This document shows, one piece after another, positions 61,674 to 64,000 of a stretch of 64,000 nucleotides of DNA (position 1 is the first letter of the stretch; every line of letters begins with the position of its first letter). Source of the DNA: Syntrophales bacterium (GTDB taxonomy: Bacteria; Desulfobacterota; Syntrophia; Syntrophales; UBA2210). The notes beneath the pieces are model-generated. The model was given only the letters and a program-made list of their open reading frames with translations. It did not search any database and was not told where the DNA came from. Made by a program: the position numbers and the translations under genes. The stretch is from positions 992,001-1,056,000 of the forward strand of contig CAXXNF010000002.1 of assembly GCA_963666365.2 (NCBI GenBank), written 5' to 3'.

Positions 61674-62870
61674 TCAAAGCCCGTTCTGGCTGCTTTTATC
61701 CGGGAATATTCTGTTTTGCCCCAGTATCATGGTGATGAGAAGAGCGGACGCGATACCGATCGTGCCTCCAAAAACAAAAGGTGCGGCGGAATTGATCTTC
61801 GTCCACAGCAGACCGGCAATGATCGACGATAAAAGCAGGCCGATGCCCTGGAGCATGCCGTAAATCCCGAGTACCGTCCCTTTCATCCTGGAGGGCGCAT
61901 TTTCGGCGATGAACGCGCGTTCCGCTGCACTGATGAAAGCATTGTAAGCGCCGTACGCTGCAAACAGAAAAGCGATGCCCGCCTTCGCGCTCAGGAAAGC
62001 AAATCCCAGATAGACAAGCCCATAAATCAGATAGCCCGGTACCAGGATGCTGCTTCTTCCAAACCGGTCGGACAGCCTGCCTGCCGGGACGGCGAGCGCG
62101 GACGACGACAGGTTAAAAACCAGGTATAGCAGGATGACCTGGGCTGCCGAAAAGCCGCTTTCCTGCGCCTTCAGAAGCAGAAAGGCGTTGGACGAATTCC
62201 CGAGGCAAAAAAGGAAAATGACGGCAAGATAAAATTTCAGTCTGCCGTGGAGCTTCAGATCCAGGAAGGTGAGTTTTTCGCAGACCATGTTTGGGGTTTT
62301 GTCTTCCCGGATGGCTGGGATAATTGCCAGCCCGATAACCGCCGGGATAATGGCAAACAAGAATGCCTTCTGAAAACTGAAGCCGATGGCGACAAAAACA
62401 AACGCAAGCACCACACCCAGCGAGGAGCCCAACATATCCAGCATCTTGTGCAGACCGAAAGATCCACCCAGATTGCTTTCACTGCACGACTCGGCAACCA
62501 GCGCGTCGCGCGGAGCTGTCCGGATACCCTTGCCCACCCGGTCAATGACTCTTGCCGCAAGAACACCTGGCCAGGATATTGAGAAAATCAGCATGATTTT
62601 GTAAATCACCGATGCCGCGTATCCGGCAAAGGCAAGTCTTTTTTTATTCCGGCGGACATCGCCGATGTATCCGCTCAATACCCTCAACACAGAAGCAATG
62701 CTCTCGGCAATCCCTTCGATGATGCCGATGATCAGAGGCGTTGCGCCCAGCGTGGCCGTTAGAAACAGAGGCACCAGCGGATAGACCATTTCGGTGCTCA
62801 TATCCACAAACAGGCTGACCAGCCCGATCAGAGCGACATTGGAGAAGACTCTTTTTTTCTTCATTTCCAT
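61674..62870 (-). CDS. MFS transporter
   Basis: DMSTEMVYPLVP, DRVGKGIRTAPRDAL, GRLSDRFGR. Confidence 0.9.
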   Translation of the reverse strand: MEMKKKRVFSNVALIGLVSLFVDMSTEMVYPLVPLFLTATLGATPLIIGIIEGIAESIASVLRVLSGYIGDVRRNKKRLAFAGYAASVIYKIMLIFSISWPGVLAARVIDRVGKGIRTAPRDALVAESCSESNLGGSFGLHKMLDMLGSSLGVVLAFVFVAIGFSFQKAFLFAIIPAVIGLAIIPAIREDKTPNMVCEKLTFLDLKLHGRLKFYLAVIFLFCLGNSSNAFLLLKAQESGFSAAQVILLYLVFNLSSSALAVPAGRLSDRFGRSSILVPGYLIYGLVYLGFAFLSAKAGIAFLFAAYGAYNAFISAAERAFIAENAPSRMKGTVLGIYGMLQGIGLLLSSIIAGLLWTKINSAAPFVFGGTIGIASALLITMILGQNRIFPDKSSQNGL

Positions 62871-63155
62871 TTTTGAGCTTGTTTCCGGTTCCGCGCTTCC
62901 ACGTTCTTTAGCATGATCGATCGGAGCAAAGCGCTGTGCCGGATGAGTCAGGTGGAAAGACAATTTTTCCAGCCCGGAATTAAAACAACACGTTTATTTC
63001 CTTCCAGCGCCGTGAGAGACTGAGTTACAACGTCATCGGCCGTCATTCACAGGGCGGCCGGAACAACGTTTCTGTCGAAGTCTTTGAAATCACCTACTTC
63101 AGCTGACGCTGAACACTGTTAACTTATTACCTGAATCCTGCACGCCATAGTCTTA

Positions 63156-63293
63156 ATTCCGGGGACAGCATACGTAATTCTGGCTTTCCCTTCAGCCCGG
63201 GAACAACATCCCGCGCAATGTGCATCCCTAGTTACGATGCTTATTCTTCCGCATTCCCCGTGATATCGTCAATCAATCATACTGTCCCGGGGT
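63156..63293. repeat. Degenerate GGGGACAG...CTGTCCC REP cluster
   Basis: AATTCCGGGGACAGCATACGTAATTC and ATACTGTCCCGGGG arms. Confidence 0.55.
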
Positions 63294-63323
63294 ACTTTTT
63301 CACGATGCTCCTGTCTTCTTTTA

Positions 63324-64000
63324 TCAGCCGGCAATCAGTCCGGCCGCGTGCCGGAGCGCTTCCACCCGGTCTGTCTTTTCCCAGGGGAAGCCGTCTCGGC
63401 CAAAGTGGCCGTAATTGCAGCTTTTGCGATAGCTCCAGCCTTGCGGCGTCGTAAGCCCTAAATCCTTGATCATCATCGCGGGACGGAAGTCAAATATCTT
63501 GTCTTCCATCAAGATGCGGGCAATTCTTTCCTCATCGATCTTCGCTGTTCCATAAGTACTGATGTTGATACTGAGTGGTTTGGCGATGCCTATTGCATAG
63601 GCAACCTGGATTTCGCATTTGTCGGCAAGTCCTGCGGCAACGATGTTTTTGGCGACATAGCGGGCATAATAGGCAGCTGAACGGTCTACTTTCGACGGGT
63701 CTTTGCCTGAAAATGCGCCGCCGCCATGTGATCCGACGCCGCCATAGGAATCAGCGATTATCTTGCGCCCGGTAACGCCGGAATCTCCGCATGGTCCGCC
63801 GATTACAAATCTGCCGGTCGGGTTGATGAGAAACTCGGTTCGTTGAGTCAATAATCCGGTTTTGTCGAGCACTTCATGGGCAACCGCCGTCAGATCTTTG
63901 CGAATTCGCTCCATCGGTACGTCGCGGGTTTGATGTGAAATCACCACTGTGGTAATTTCTATCGCCTTTCCATTCTCATGGAGCACACTCACCTGCGCTT
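63324..64000 (-). CDS. metK: S-adenosylmethionine synthetase, 3' part
   Basis: [46 protein letters not shown]. Confidence 0.97.
   Translation of the reverse strand, partial: AQVSVLHENGKAIEITTVVISHQTRDVPMERIRKDLTAVAHEVLDKTGLLTQRTEFLINPTGRFVIGGPCGDSGVTGRKIIADSYGGVGSHGGGAFSGKDPSKVDRSAAYYARYVAKNIVAAGLADKCEIQVAYAIGIAKPLSINISTYGTAKIDEERIARILMEDKIFDFRPAMMIKDLGLTTPQGWSYRKSCNYGHFGRDGFPWEKTDRVEALRHAAGLIAG

Noticed and set aside
60813..63323. Integrase-type genomic island at tRNA-Arg
   Set aside because: No integrase gene and no duplicated tRNA 3' end were seen.

Overview
Bacterial chromosomal window, most likely from an anaerobic deltaproteobacterium (Desulfobacterota/Syntrophales-like; this is inferred from gene content only). 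From left to right: the start of an ectoine operon (ectA, partial ectB); a complete type I-E CRISPR-Cas locus with 48 repeats, split near its old end by an IS21 element inserted inside a spacer, and headed by a stand-alone DEDDh exonuclease and a decayed WYL regulator; TRAP/cfa/CoA-disulfide-reductase-like and B12 radical SAM genes; a tungstate ABC transporter (tupABC) in which all three genes are separately broken (frameshift, amber stop, IS1634); a beta-oxidation cluster; a DRTGG/kinase/PHP regulatory cluster in front of a NuoE + 2Fe-2S + NuoF-GltD fusion module that has no hydrogenase or formate dehydrogenase subunit; an accessory block (2x AraC-GyrI, Lnt-like nitrilase, candidate 39-aa peptide, methyltransferase-radical SAM fusion, flavodoxin); housekeeping genes (smc, ftsY, ftcD, partial metK); tRNA-Arg(CCT); and a RAYT-like transposase with GGGACA...TGTCCC repeats that also occur elsewhere in the window. 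Product calls come from recognising motifs by eye. No database searches were run.
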